Shown here piece by piece: positions 47,207 through 56,269 of a stretch of 64,000 nt of DNA (its first letter is position 1; each line of letters opens with the position of its first letter). The stretch is taken from the NCBI GenBank assembly GCA_946614255.1, contig CAMOGS010000048.1, positions 18 through 64,017 of the forward strand, given 5' to 3'. Below the pieces are notes generated by a model. That model was not told where the DNA came from. It worked only from the letters and a program-made list of their open reading frames with translations, and ran no database searches. A program made the position numbers and the translations under genes. Origin of the DNA: an uncultured Bacillota bacterium. GTDB taxonomy: Bacteria > Bacillota > Clostridia > Peptostreptococcales > Anaerovoracaceae.

Positions 47207-48412
47207 TTACTTTAAGAACGTCTTAAGTGTGTCTGCACAAGCCTTTACACCCTTGCGGAGTGTATCATCATCTACGAATGAGAAGTTGAAACGAGCTGTG
47301 TTAACCTTTGCTGTTTCTTCTGATGCATAGAATGGAGCGCCAGGAACGTATGCTACGCCGTTCTTGATGCATTCCTTGAGAGCTTCGCCGGCATCAATGC
47401 CTTCAGGAAGCTGGAGCCACAGGAAGAGGCCGCCTTCAGGAACAACCCAGGATACACCTTCAGGCATCTCTTTCTTGAGTGCGTCGAGCATAACTGCTCT
47501 TCTGTGTCCGTAGATTTCCATAACTTCCTTGATGTGTGCATCGAGGTCGAAGAGTTCGAGATACTTGTTGCAAACGTGCTGTGCGAAAGTACCTGACTGG
47601 AGGTCAGTAGCCTGCTTTGCAACTGCGATCTTTGTGATGATTTCCTTCTTTCCTGTCATCCAGCCAAGACGGAATCCAGGAGCGAGAACCTTGGAGAATG
47701 TGCACATGTACACAACCTTGTCCATAGTATCGAGAGTCTTGATGGAAGGAACCATTTCGCCTGTGTATCTGAGTTCGCCGTAAGGGTTATCTTCGAGAAC
47801 TACGATAGGATACTTGTTAACTACTTCGATGAGGCCCTTTCTTCTCTCGTATGTCATAGTCTTTCCTGTAGGGTTCTGGAAATCAGGAATTACATAGAGA
47901 AGCTTTGCATTAGGATACTTTTTGAGCATCTTTTCGAGTTCCTCAGGGATGATACCGTCTTCATCTGTAGGAACGCCGATAACTGTTGCCTGGTAAGCCT
48001 TGAAAGCATTGATAGCTGCGAGGTAAGTAGGCTCTTCTACGAATACTACATCGCCCTTGTTGAGGAAGATCTTTCCTGCGAGGTCGAGACCCTGCTGGGA
48101 ACCGTTAACCAGAATGATGTTGTCCATAGTCTGGCCCTTGATTCCGTTGTGCTCAGCCATTCTCTTTAAGAGCTTTTCTCTGAGGCCCGGATGTCCTTCT
48201 GTGGAGCAATACTGGAGTGCCTGTGGACCCTCTTCCTTCATTACGATGTCGATTGCCTTTTTGATGTCCTCGAGTGGGAACGATTCAGGTGAAGGCAGAC
48301 CACCGGCGAATGAAATAATGTTTCCGCCTGCAGCAAGCTTTAAGATTTCTCTGATCGCGGACGCATTTAAGTTGTCCATACGCTCAGCATAATTTGGGAA
48401 ATTGCTGTTCAT
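47207..48412 (-). CDS. PLP-dependent aminotransferase (class I/II, ARO8/LysN-like)
   Basis: 401 aa. NASAIREI, GGLPSPESFP, NPTGKTM, and SFSKVLAPGFRLGW (PLP lysine). Confidence 0.85.
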   Translation of the reverse strand: MNSNFPNYAERMDNLNASAIREILKLAAGGNIISFAGGLPSPESFPLEDIKKAIDIVMKEEGPQALQYCSTEGHPGLREKLLKRMAEHNGIKGQTMDNIILVNGSQQGLDLAGKIFLNKGDVVFVEEPTYLAAINAFKAYQATVIGVPTDEDGIIPEELEKMLKKYPNAKLLYVIPDFQNPTGKTMTYERRKGLIEVVNKYPIVVLEDNPYGELRYTGEMVPSIKTLDTMDKVVYMCTFSKVLAPGFRLGWMTGKKEIITKIAVAKQATDLQSGTFAQHVCNKYLELFDLDAHIKEVMEIYGHRRAVMLDALKKEMPEGVSWVVPEGGLFLWLQLPEGIDAGEALKECIKNGVAYVPGAPFYASEETAKVNTARFNFSFVDDDTLRKGVKACADTLKTFLK

Positions 48413-48546
48413 AAGATATACTCTCCTTTTTTTACAAAATATTTTGTTCTTTTATTATATCATCGAAACAATTTTTGTGCAATATTATTCTGTTAATTCT
48501 TTGACACACTGAAATATATTTTGTATTAATTTGCTTTTGGTTTGTT

Positions 48547-49023
48547 TTAAAGCTCCAGCTTCAGGAATATTGCGTAATCGAGAGGATTATCATTGTATTT
48601 TTCAGTGGGTTTAAATCCGATTTTCTCGTAGAGTTCGAGCGCATCCGTTAAATTCGGAAGAGTATCAAGAAGCATTGTTTTATATCCCTTTGCTCTCGCA
48701 TCCGTTATTATTCTGTCCATCATACTGCGGCCTATGCCAAGACCCCTGTATTCGTCATACAGGAAAACCCGTTTTACCTCGCAGGTCGTTTCATCGAGCT
48801 TTTTAAATGCGATGCAGCCGACATCTTTACCATCTACATTAACAATGTAGATGCCGCCTTCACCGTATTTTTCGTGCAAATGCTCGGTCTCGTCGTCAAA
48901 GCTTTGCATGATCAGAAACTTTCTGAGCTGCGGGTCTTTTTCCATTAGGAACTTATGATAGTCTTCAAAGAAAGGCAGGAGCCTTTCCGGTAATTCCAGA
49001 GCATTTATAATTTCCGGTTTCAT
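48547..49023 (-). CDS. GNAT-family N-acetyltransferase
   Basis: 158 aa. Motif A YRGLGIGRSMM and the LYEKIGF tail. Confidence 0.85.
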   Translation of the reverse strand: MKPEIINALELPERLLPFFEDYHKFLMEKDPQLRKFLIMQSFDDETEHLHEKYGEGGIYIVNVDGKDVGCIAFKKLDETTCEVKRVFLYDEYRGLGIGRSMMDRIITDARAKGYKTMLLDTLPNLTDALELYEKIGFKPTEKYNDNPLDYAIFLKLEL

Positions 49024-49047
49024 TTTCCTTACCTCACATTCTAAAGG

Positions 49048-49144
49048 CTAATCTGGGGACAGGCACCAAATTCGCCTTTTTTCCAATTTGGTGCCTGTCC
49101 CCAAATTCGCCTTTTTTCCAATTTGGTGCCTGTCCCCAAATTAG
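49048..49144. repeat. Dispersed modular repeat, locus 6 (A forward, A reverse, A reverse; identical linkers)
   Basis: CTAATCTGGGGACAGGCACCAAATTCGCCTTTTTTCCAATTTGGTGCCTGTCCCCAAATTCGCCTTTTTTCCAATTTGGTGCCTGTCCCCAAATTAG. The terminal TTA (49141-49143) is the nitrilase stop codon. Confidence 0.95.
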
Positions 49145-50067
49145 CGGTCGTCGATGGTGAGCTTTAGTGCGTCGGGACGGGCGTAGTGGCCGCAGACATC
49201 GTGTTCCATTCGGCTTGCAGGAACCTTTTCCATATCAAGCTCGGCAAAGATGATGCCTTCCTTGTCCCATATCGTTTCGCCCACAACATGGCCAAACGGA
49301 TCGATAATATTGCTGCCGCCTCGGCAGACGATGTCCGGAAGCTTTGCAATTTCCGCCTTTGAAGGCTCGCTTAAGCCTTGCGGATACATGTCTTTTGTGA
49401 AGAACATATCACAGTTGATGAAGTAGCAGTGGCCTTCGATTGCGATGTGGCGAACAGTGTCCTGCCACTCGGCGTTGTCGTTGGTATTTGCGGAAATATA
49501 GAGGCTTATGCCCTTCTGATACAGCGCTACTCGCGCCAGCGGCATATAGCTTTCCCAGCAGATTAGACAGCCCATTGGCCCCCAAGGAGTGTCCATAACC
49601 GGAAAATAGTCTCTGTCGGCATCGCCGAATACCACGCGCTCGCTGCCGGTCGGCTTCAGCTTGCGGTGGTTCATCTTTTCGCCCTCCGGCGAAATCATCA
49701 TATTTGAATTGTATAGTGTGGCTGTGACCGGATCGACTTCAGAATATCCGATGCTGACGTAGACCTTGTTATCCTTTGCCGCTTTAACGATTTCAGCCAT
49801 TTCGGGCCCGTCAGCCAGTATGGAATTGTCATAATAAAGCTTCCAGTCCTTGCGGCCGTCAGATGTGCGCGCGCCTACCGTAAAACCAAATGTCATTCCG
49901 TACGGATAGCACGGTATGAAAAGCTCCGGAAATACGATGAGCTCAGCTCCCTTTTCGGCGCATTCATTTATCAGCTTTATCGTCTTTTTTACGCAGGCAT
50001 CCTTGTCGAACATGACCGGTGCGCCCTGGATTACTGCGATTTTACAAGTACTTTTACGAATAATCAT
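49141..50067 (-). CDS. Nitrilase-superfamily carbon-nitrogen hydrolase (nitrilase branch)
   Basis: 308 aa. E-K-C triad contexts VFPELFIP, HRKLKPT, LICWESYMP. Confidence 0.85.
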   Translation of the reverse strand: MIIRKSTCKIAVIQGAPVMFDKDACVKKTIKLINECAEKGAELIVFPELFIPCYPYGMTFGFTVGARTSDGRKDWKLYYDNSILADGPEMAEIVKAAKDNKVYVSIGYSEVDPVTATLYNSNMMISPEGEKMNHRKLKPTGSERVVFGDADRDYFPVMDTPWGPMGCLICWESYMPLARVALYQKGISLYISANTNDNAEWQDTVRHIAIEGHCYFINCDMFFTKDMYPQGLSEPSKAEIAKLPDIVCRGGSNIIDPFGHVVGETIWDKEGIIFAELDMEKVPASRMEHDVCGHYARPDALKLTIDDR

Positions 50068-50140
50068 ATTTCACCTCGTATAGTTTTTTATCCCTTTATT
50101 TTTGAATTTTAACACAATGAGACTGACGGTGCAAATAAAA

Positions 50141-50166
50141 AAGCGAACCCGAAATCGGGTCCGCTT
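50141..50166 (-). terminator. tsf terminator
   Basis: AAGCGGACCCG-ATTT-CGGGTTCGCTT followed by TTTTATTTG on the minus strand. Confidence 0.65.
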
Positions 50167-50199
50167 GAACGCTTAATTTGTGCGTAATTTGTACGTATT

Positions 50200-51297
50200 T
50201 TAGTTTCCGCCCATCTGCTTTGCAACTTCCTCTGCAAAGTTCTCTTCCTTCTTTTCGATACCTTCGCCTACTTCGAAACGAATTACCTGCGGAATGGAGA
50301 GGCCCTTGTCAACAGTTGCGATGTACTGGCCTACAGTCTGCTTTCCGTCTTCAGCTCTTACATAAGTCTGGTCGAGGAGGCAGATGTCCTTGAGCTGCTT
50401 GGAAACACGGCCTTCAACAAGTCCTGTAAAGATCTTGTTGCCGGAGATGTTTGCCTTGTCAGCAACTGCGAGCTCTGCAAGCTTTGCCTTGCCTTCATCG
50501 GAGATGAAGTTAGGAAGATAGTTAAAGTTAAAGCCCTTGTCTGCTCTCTTTTCATTCAGAACTGCAGTGTCTTCTGCGCCCCAAACGCCTGCTACCGCCT
50601 TGTCGAGGAGCTCGTTTAAGATTGGCTTTGGAAGTGTGAACGGATCGTTTAATGCACTCTCAAGAGTGATGTTCTTGATGCTTGCGAGTTCTTCAGCGGA
50701 GATTTCATCTCTGGATACATACTGAGGATTCATTGCAGCAACCTGCATTGCAACGTTAGTGAGTGCTTCCTTGTTCGCATCGCTTGCTTCGCCCTTACCT
50801 ACTACGATAACGCCGATTCTGCCGCCGCCGTGAATGTAAGAAGTAAGCACGTCGCCGGAAACCTTTGCGATTCTTCTGAGGGACATGTTCTCACCGATCT
50901 TTGCAATCTTTGCTGTGAGAGTTTCGCCTACTGTAGAACCTTCATAAGGCATAGCCTTGAACTTTTCGATATCGTCGCTTTCAGCACTGAGTGCGAGCTT
51001 TGCGAGACCTTCTACGAAAGCTACGAACTCTTCGTTCTTTGCTGCGAAGTCTGTTTCAATGTTAACCTCTACTACAGCAGCAGTCTTTGCATCGTCAGAG
51101 AATGCGATTCTTACCAGACCCTCTGCAGCAGTTCTGCCTGCCTTCTTTGCAGCCTTTGCGAGACCCTTTTCCTTGAGGAATTCGATAGCCTTGTCCATAT
51201 CGCCATCTACTTCAACCAGAGCCTTTTTGCAATCCATCATGCCTGCGCCTGTTCTTTCACGCAGTTCCTTTACCATACCGGCTGTTACGTTTGCCAT
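50200..51297 (-). CDS. tsf: Elongation factor Ts
   Basis: MANVTAGMVKELRERTGAGMMDCKKAL. The ATG at 51297 follows GGAGGG. The track start at 51321 is over-extended. Confidence 0.95.
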   Translation of the reverse strand: MANVTAGMVKELRERTGAGMMDCKKALVEVDGDMDKAIEFLKEKGLAKAAKKAGRTAAEGLVRIAFSDDAKTAAVVEVNIETDFAAKNEEFVAFVEGLAKLALSAESDDIEKFKAMPYEGSTVGETLTAKIAKIGENMSLRRIAKVSGDVLTSYIHGGGRIGVIVVGKGEASDANKEALTNVAMQVAAMNPQYVSRDEISAEELASIKNITLESALNDPFTLPKPILNELLDKAVAGVWGAEDTAVLNEKRADKGFNFNYLPNFISDEGKAKLAELAVADKANISGNKIFTGLVEGRVSKQLKDICLLDQTYVRAEDGKQTVGQYIATVDKGLSIPQVIRFEVGEGIEKKEENFAEEVAKQMGGN

Positions 51298-51338
51298 ATA
51301 TATACCCTCCATAAATGCCAATCAATTCTTTGAATCGA

Positions 51339-52085
51339 TTAAGCCTCAGTTGTTTCTTCTACTGTTTCTGCTTCCTCAGCAGGAGTTCCTTCGTCAAAGC
51401 TTTCGCCCTGGTTAGCTTCGATAACAGCATCTGCCATGCGGCCTGCGATCAGCTTTACGGCTCTGATTGCGTCATCGTTTGCAGGAATTACATAGTCAAC
51501 ATCGTCAGGGTCGCAGTTTGTATCTACGATACCGATGATTGGAATGCCGAGGATGCGAGCTTCCTTAACAGCGATTCTTTCCTTCTTTGGGTCTACGATG
51601 AAGAGTGCGCCAGGCATTCCCTTCATGTCCTTGATACCGCCGAGATACTTTTCGAGCTTTTCAAGCTCCAGCTGAAGCTTTGTAACTTCCTTCTTTGACA
51701 GCTTGTCAAATGTGCCGTCTTCCTGCATAGTCTTGATCTCGTTGAGTCTCTTGATTCTGGTAGCGATAGTCTTGTGGTTTGTGAGCATACCGCCGAGCCA
51801 TCTCTCGGATACGAAGAACTGTCCGCATCTCTTTGCTTCGTCTTCGATAGCAGCCTGAGCCTGCTTCTTTGTACCTACGAAGAGGATTGGGCGTCCTGTG
51901 GATGCTGCTTCCTTCATGAATTCGTAAGCTTCGTCAATCTTCTTTACAGTCTTCTGTAAGTCGATGATGTAGATTCCGTTTCTTTCTGTGAAGATGTAAG
52001 GAGCCATCTTTGGGTTCCATCTTCTGGTCTGGTGTCCAAAGTGAACACCTGCTTCGAGTAATTGCTTCATTGAAATTACTGCCAT
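51339..52085 (-). CDS. rpsB: 30S ribosomal protein S2
   Basis: [27 protein letters not shown]. Confidence 0.97.
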   Translation of the reverse strand: MAVISMKQLLEAGVHFGHQTRRWNPKMAPYIFTERNGIYIIDLQKTVKKIDEAYEFMKEAASTGRPILFVGTKKQAQAAIEDEAKRCGQFFVSERWLGGMLTNHKTIATRIKRLNEIKTMQEDGTFDKLSKKEVTKLQLELEKLEKYLGGIKDMKGMPGALFIVDPKKERIAVKEARILGIPIIGIVDTNCDPDDVDYVIPANDDAIRAVKLIAGRMADAVIEANQGESFDEGTPAEEAETVEETTEA

Positions 52086-52228
52086 TTTTTTAATACCTCC
52101 GGTTTTTTTCTTGCACCGCTTGCTTCCACCGAAAAAACCCTGTAGGGCACCGTTTTCGGGGCCGGCGCGGTGTGCAGAATAGAAATAAATTTATCATCGG
52201 CGCATAACGCCAACATCAATGATACTAC

Positions 52229-52256
52229 AAAAAGCTTGCGGTTGCAAGCTTTTTTT
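52229..52256. terminator. Bidirectional-looking terminator after LytTR gene
   Basis: AAAAAGCTTGC-GGTT-GCAAGCTTTTTTT. Confidence 0.65.
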
Positions 52257-52368
52257 GCTATATTCGTGATTCAAATTGCGTTTCAAATTGCGCTTCAATT
52301 TTGCCGCTTCAGTACCGGTCCATACACAACTTTTTAAGAAATAGGTAAATAATTGTTAGTCCTGCTTT

Positions 52369-52755
52369 TTAAAGCACTTTTTTGCGCCTTTCCTCGCTAA
52401 GTCGCACATATTCCCTACGGAAGCTCCCGCACTGCTTAGCGCTGAGATTGTAAACGCTCCCGTTAAAAAATTTTACAGCACCGCCTGCCGAAACCGAGTG
52501 TATGTGACTTGCATTCAGTGCCGCTTTTCCTACCACAATGAAATTATCGTTAAGGTATGGAATTGCATAAGACAGCTTTTCATACATTACGATATCCTTT
52601 ACGTCATGAACTGTGTGAAAGTAAAGTTTCCTGCCGCTTTGCTCAATAAACAGTATATTCGCAAGCAGCAGACGCTTTACCTCCGCCCTTGTCTTTACCA
52701 AGCAATATTCTCCGAAAATGTTAGTATTGTTTGTCCTTGCTTTGCTTTCGTCCAT
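52369..52755 (-). CDS. Stand-alone LytTR DNA-binding domain protein (no receiver domain)
   Basis: LLLANILFIEQSGRKLYFHT...YEKLSYAIPYLNDNFIVVGKAALNASHIHSV fits the LytTR pattern. The ATG at 52755 follows GAAGAGGAAA. The track ORF starts at TTG 52857, which has no SD. Confidence 0.7.
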   Translation of the reverse strand: MDESKARTNNTNIFGEYCLVKTRAEVKRLLLANILFIEQSGRKLYFHTVHDVKDIVMYEKLSYAIPYLNDNFIVVGKAALNASHIHSVSAGGAVKFFNGSVYNLSAKQCGSFRREYVRLSEERRKKVL

Positions 52756-52870
52756 TAGTATTTCCTCTTCCGGCCGACACTGAAGCGGCAAGCACAAGCT
52801 GATTATATCACAGGCGGATTTTGTCTGTCTCGGCAATGTTTGAATCTTTCCGTCCAATTTCGTACCAGTG

Positions 52871-53005
52871 TTAAAAATGCTCGATGCTGATTTTTGTCTG
52901 CAATAAAGGAAACGCTTTAATATAATTCAGACAATCTTTGCAAATGTGGTTTTCTCCAAACTGTATCAGGTTATAACTGTTCCTACATATCCTACAATAT
53001 CTCAT
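52871..53005 (-). CDS. 44-aa zinc-ribbon micro-protein (CxxC-14-CxxC)
   Basis: ATG at 53005 follows GAAGAGGAG. MRYCRICRNSYNLIQFGENHICKDCLNYIKAFPLLQTKISIEHF. It is below the 60-aa cutoff of the ORF track. Confidence 0.55.
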   Translation of the reverse strand: MRYCRICRNSYNLIQFGENHICKDCLNYIKAFPLLQTKISIEHF

Positions 53006-53115
53006 GTGCTCCTCTTCTTTCCCGGTAGGATTCAAAGCACTGCCGATTTCATATCATTAAGATAATTCCGGAACGCCGTTTTTTGCAATATATAATTTAT
53101 TAAAATGTCAAAAAA

Positions 53116-53140
53116 AGCCGATTAAATGTAATAATCGGCT
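53116..53140 (-). terminator. rqcH terminator
   Basis: AGCCGATTA-7 nt-TAATCGGCT followed by a T7 run on the minus strand. Confidence 0.65.
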
Positions 53141-53219
53141 ACTTTTCTGTATTTTTAATTCAATTTTCTACAATTATTATCCGGCTCTGCCCCGGCATTA
53201 TCCCGGCACCATTCCCGCT

Positions 53220-54938
53220 CTATTCCCGATTCTTTTCCCCCTTCGATAGTTTCGGGAGCCCCGGATTAACCCAGACCGTCCTGTTTCCCGTAAAAATCAC
53301 CATGCCCGGCTTCGCACCCGCAGGCTTTTTCACAAGCTTTACCGGAACATAATCCACCGGCACGTTTTCGCTGCCGCGAGCCTTGCTATGATAAGCCGCA
53401 ATTGCCGCAGCTTCATATATCGTCTCCTCGCCCAGCTCCTCCGCCGACAGCCCTTCCGCAAACAAAATTACATGCGACCCGTGGATGTCCTTTGTGTGCA
53501 TCCAGATGTCCCTGCTGCCCGCTGTCCGAAAGGTCAGAACATCATTTTCCACATTATTTCTGCCGACCAGCACGCGATAGCCCGCTTTGGTACGGTACTC
53601 CAGCGGCTTTTGCTTTACCTTCCTCGGCGCGTAAGCATTCTTTCTGCGGGACAGATATCCGCCGCTCACCAGCTCATCGCGAAGCGCTTCGGTTTCCTCT
53701 ATGCTCTCCGCTCTCTCCGCAAAGCTCTTTACCGACTCCAGATACTCTATGTCCGCATCAGCCTCAGCAAGCTGCGCAGTCTTTTCATGAATCGCAGTCT
53801 TTGCCTTGCCATACTTTTTGAAATAAGCCTGAGCATTACGCGAAGCATTCAGCCTCTCATCAAGAGGTATGCTTATATCGCTCCCGTCATAGTAATTTAC
53901 GACCGTTACACTCTTTGCGCCCGGCTTTACTAGGTGCAGATTTGCTGTGAGAAGCTCACCGTACAGTCTGTAGTCGTCAGAGTTTTGCGCATCAAGCAGA
54001 TCCTCAGACAGTCTCTGCTTTTTCAGGTACAGCTTGTCAAGCACTGCCTGCACCGCACGCACCAGATCGCCCGAGCGCTGACGCACACGGTTTGTCGTGC
54101 TCTTCCCTATGAAGTAATACTCGACAGCTTCGCTGATGCTGTCAAACTCCTTCTTTTTAGGCCCTGCCCCTACGCTGCCCGCAGCGGGTGCTGCGTCAAG
54201 CTCCGCCAGCGCGAAGGCGTGAAACTCCAGCGGCGCGCCCGACTCATCCAGATAGACTGAAGGCTTTAGCTTTGAAAGGCTTCGCATAGCGCAAATTTCC
54301 GCAAAAGCATCGGTGCTTGCCGCAAGCTCTCTTGCAACCGCCGGTGAGATTCCGCCTACTTTGCCGAGGAATGCTTTCTCGCCCGAAAGTGCAGCTATGT
54401 CGCCGGCCGTCACGCTGTCAAAGGGGATTTTGTCCTGCAGCGGCGGGTACTGATAGGTCTTGCCCGGAAGCAGCTGTCTGACGCGGCTTACATCAATTGA
54501 GATGTGCTTCATGCAGTCGATGATGCGGCCTGTGCCGGCGTCTGTCAGCGTGATGTTGCTGTGCTTGCCCATAATTTCGACTATCAGCTTTTTATTGACC
54601 GAAAAGCCGAGCTCGTTTTGAGTCTCAAAGCAGATTTCGATTATTCGCTCGCAGCCGGCTTGCTCGACGGATTTGATTCTTGCGCCGTGCAGGTGCTTTC
54701 GCATCAGCATGCACAGTGCCATGGGCTGTGCGGGGTTTTCGTAAGCCTGCTTTGAGAGGTGAATGCGCGCGTGGTTCGAGGCGCAGCTCATGTAGAGCTT
54801 GTGGTTGCCGTTTTGCGTATGTATGTTGAAAACCAGCTCGTCTGCTTCGGGCTGGTAAATTTTTTCTACTTTTCCGAGCGTCAGCTTTTCTGCGAGCTCA
54901 GCGGCCACCGCGCGGGTGACCAGACCGTCAAATGCCAT
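53220..54938 (-). CDS. rqcH: NFACT-family ribosome quality control protein (fibronectin-binding protein A homolog)
   Basis: 572 aa. MAFDGLVTRAVAAEL...KIYQPEADELVFNIH (NFACT-N), a coiled-coil middle region, and DIWMHTKDIHGSHVIL (NFACT-R). Confidence 0.88.
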   Translation of the reverse strand: MAFDGLVTRAVAAELAEKLTLGKVEKIYQPEADELVFNIHTQNGNHKLYMSCASNHARIHLSKQAYENPAQPMALCMLMRKHLHGARIKSVEQAGCERIIEICFETQNELGFSVNKKLIVEIMGKHSNITLTDAGTGRIIDCMKHISIDVSRVRQLLPGKTYQYPPLQDKIPFDSVTAGDIAALSGEKAFLGKVGGISPAVARELAASTDAFAEICAMRSLSKLKPSVYLDESGAPLEFHAFALAELDAAPAAGSVGAGPKKKEFDSISEAVEYYFIGKSTTNRVRQRSGDLVRAVQAVLDKLYLKKQRLSEDLLDAQNSDDYRLYGELLTANLHLVKPGAKSVTVVNYYDGSDISIPLDERLNASRNAQAYFKKYGKAKTAIHEKTAQLAEADADIEYLESVKSFAERAESIEETEALRDELVSGGYLSRRKNAYAPRKVKQKPLEYRTKAGYRVLVGRNNVENDVLTFRTAGSRDIWMHTKDIHGSHVILFAEGLSAEELGEETIYEAAAIAAYHSKARGSENVPVDYVPVKLVKKPAGAKPGMVIFTGNRTVWVNPGLPKLSKGEKNRE

Positions 54939-55025
54939 ATACCCACTTCCTTGTATTTTTTTCCATTCGGTAATATAATAATTATGTTATCATAAATTTT
55001 TATTAAAGAAAAGGAGCAGAATGTT

Positions 55026-55910
55026 ATGATAAAGAGTATGACAGGTTTCGGCCGTGCTGAATACAGCGACGGCAAGCGCAACATTACAGTGGAAATTCGT
55101 ACGGTGAACCACCGCTACAGCGACATCACAATCAAGATGCCGCGCCGCTATTCCTTTGCGGAGGACAAGATCAAGAACAAGATTAAAGAGACGATTGTTC
55201 GCGGAAAGGCGGACGTTTCGATTATGGTTGACAATCTGACGGAAAATGATTTGAATGTCACGCTGAACACGATGGTGGCAAAGCAGTACTACGACAATCT
55301 GCGCGAGCTTGCTACGACCTTTGAACTGCCGGGCGAGATTGACCTGCAGTTTGTGGCGAGCCTGCCGGATGTGATGAAGGCGGTTCCCGATGTGGACGAT
55401 GAGGAAGAGATCACAAAGAGCTTGCTCGTTCCTGTCGAGGAAGCCTGCAAAAAGCTCGACGAAATGCGAATCATCGAGGGTGCAAAGCTTGCTGAGGACC
55501 TCATCCACAGAGGTAAGCTCATTCGCGAGTTTGCCGCAAAGATAGAAAAGCGTGCGCCGATGGTTTCCGAGCAGTACGCAAAGAAGCTTAAAGAGCGCAT
55601 CACAGAGCTGATTGGCGGTTCGGTGAACATTCCGGAGGACCGCATACTCGTGGAAGCCGCGATTTTTGCCGACAAATGCAACATCACCGAAGAGCTGGTG
55701 CGCCTCGACAGCCACACCATACAGCTTGAGAGCATCATTACAAAGTCGAACCAGCCTGACGGTAAAAAGCTCGACTTTTTGGTTCAGGAGATGAACCGCG
55801 AAGCGAACACCATCGGCTCAAAGGCAAACGATATCGAAATTACGAACCTGATGCTCGACATAAAGGCCGAGGTCGAAAAGATTCGCGAGCAGGTGCAGAA
55901 TATACAGTAG
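55026..55910 (+). CDS. yicC: YicC/YloC-family endoribonuclease
   Basis: MIKSMTGFGRAE...VEIRTVNHRY and the C-terminal DFLVQEMNREANTIGSKA. Confidence 0.9.
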   Translation: MIKSMTGFGRAEYSDGKRNITVEIRTVNHRYSDITIKMPRRYSFAEDKIKNKIKETIVRGKADVSIMVDNLTENDLNVTLNTMVAKQYYDNLRELATTFELPGEIDLQFVASLPDVMKAVPDVDDEEEITKSLLVPVEEACKKLDEMRIIEGAKLAEDLIHRGKLIREFAAKIEKRAPMVSEQYAKKLKERITELIGGSVNIPEDRILVEAAIFADKCNITEELVRLDSHTIQLESIITKSNQPDGKKLDFLVQEMNREANTIGSKANDIEITNLMLDIKAEVEKIREQVQNIQ

Positions 55911-56008
55911 GCGTGCAAATAGGCGCAATGCTTGTGAAGGTGATTCTGTGACTGAAGTGTTTAGCTATTTTAAGTGGATTAGTGCATTAGAGAATTAAGG
56001 AGGATAGT

Positions 56009-56269
56009 ATGTTAGGGGGAATAATACTCGGTATAGTGCTGATTGCGTGTATAGTCAGCCCTTTCATAAAAGATTCACATACAAATAAGTATGCCGGGAA
56101 GATAGTGTCAAGTCACATGCTTAATGAAGATATTACCAAAGAACGCGACAAAGAACTCCCGCAAATAAATCCTGTAAATGGTAGTACCAACAACTATGCG
56201 CGATTAGATAAGTCTTGGAGTAGTTTCCCGGATTTTGTCATTAAGTTTATCAAGGGGTGGCGTAAATAA
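56009..56269 (+). CDS. Small membrane-anchored hypothetical protein (86 aa)
   Basis: Perfect AGGAGG SD, an N-terminal TM helix GGIILGIVLIACIVSPF, and its own terminator at 56355-56391. Confidence 0.65.
   Translation: MLGGIILGIVLIACIVSPFIKDSHTNKYAGKIVSSHMLNEDITKERDKELPQINPVNGSTNNYARLDKSWSSFPDFVIKFIKGWRK

Noticed and set aside
48413-48546. Possible T-box or riboswitch leader upstream of the aminotransferase gene
   Set aside because: The region is only 134 bp and AT-rich. It has no specifier/antiterminator-like helices and no conserved riboswitch core visible.
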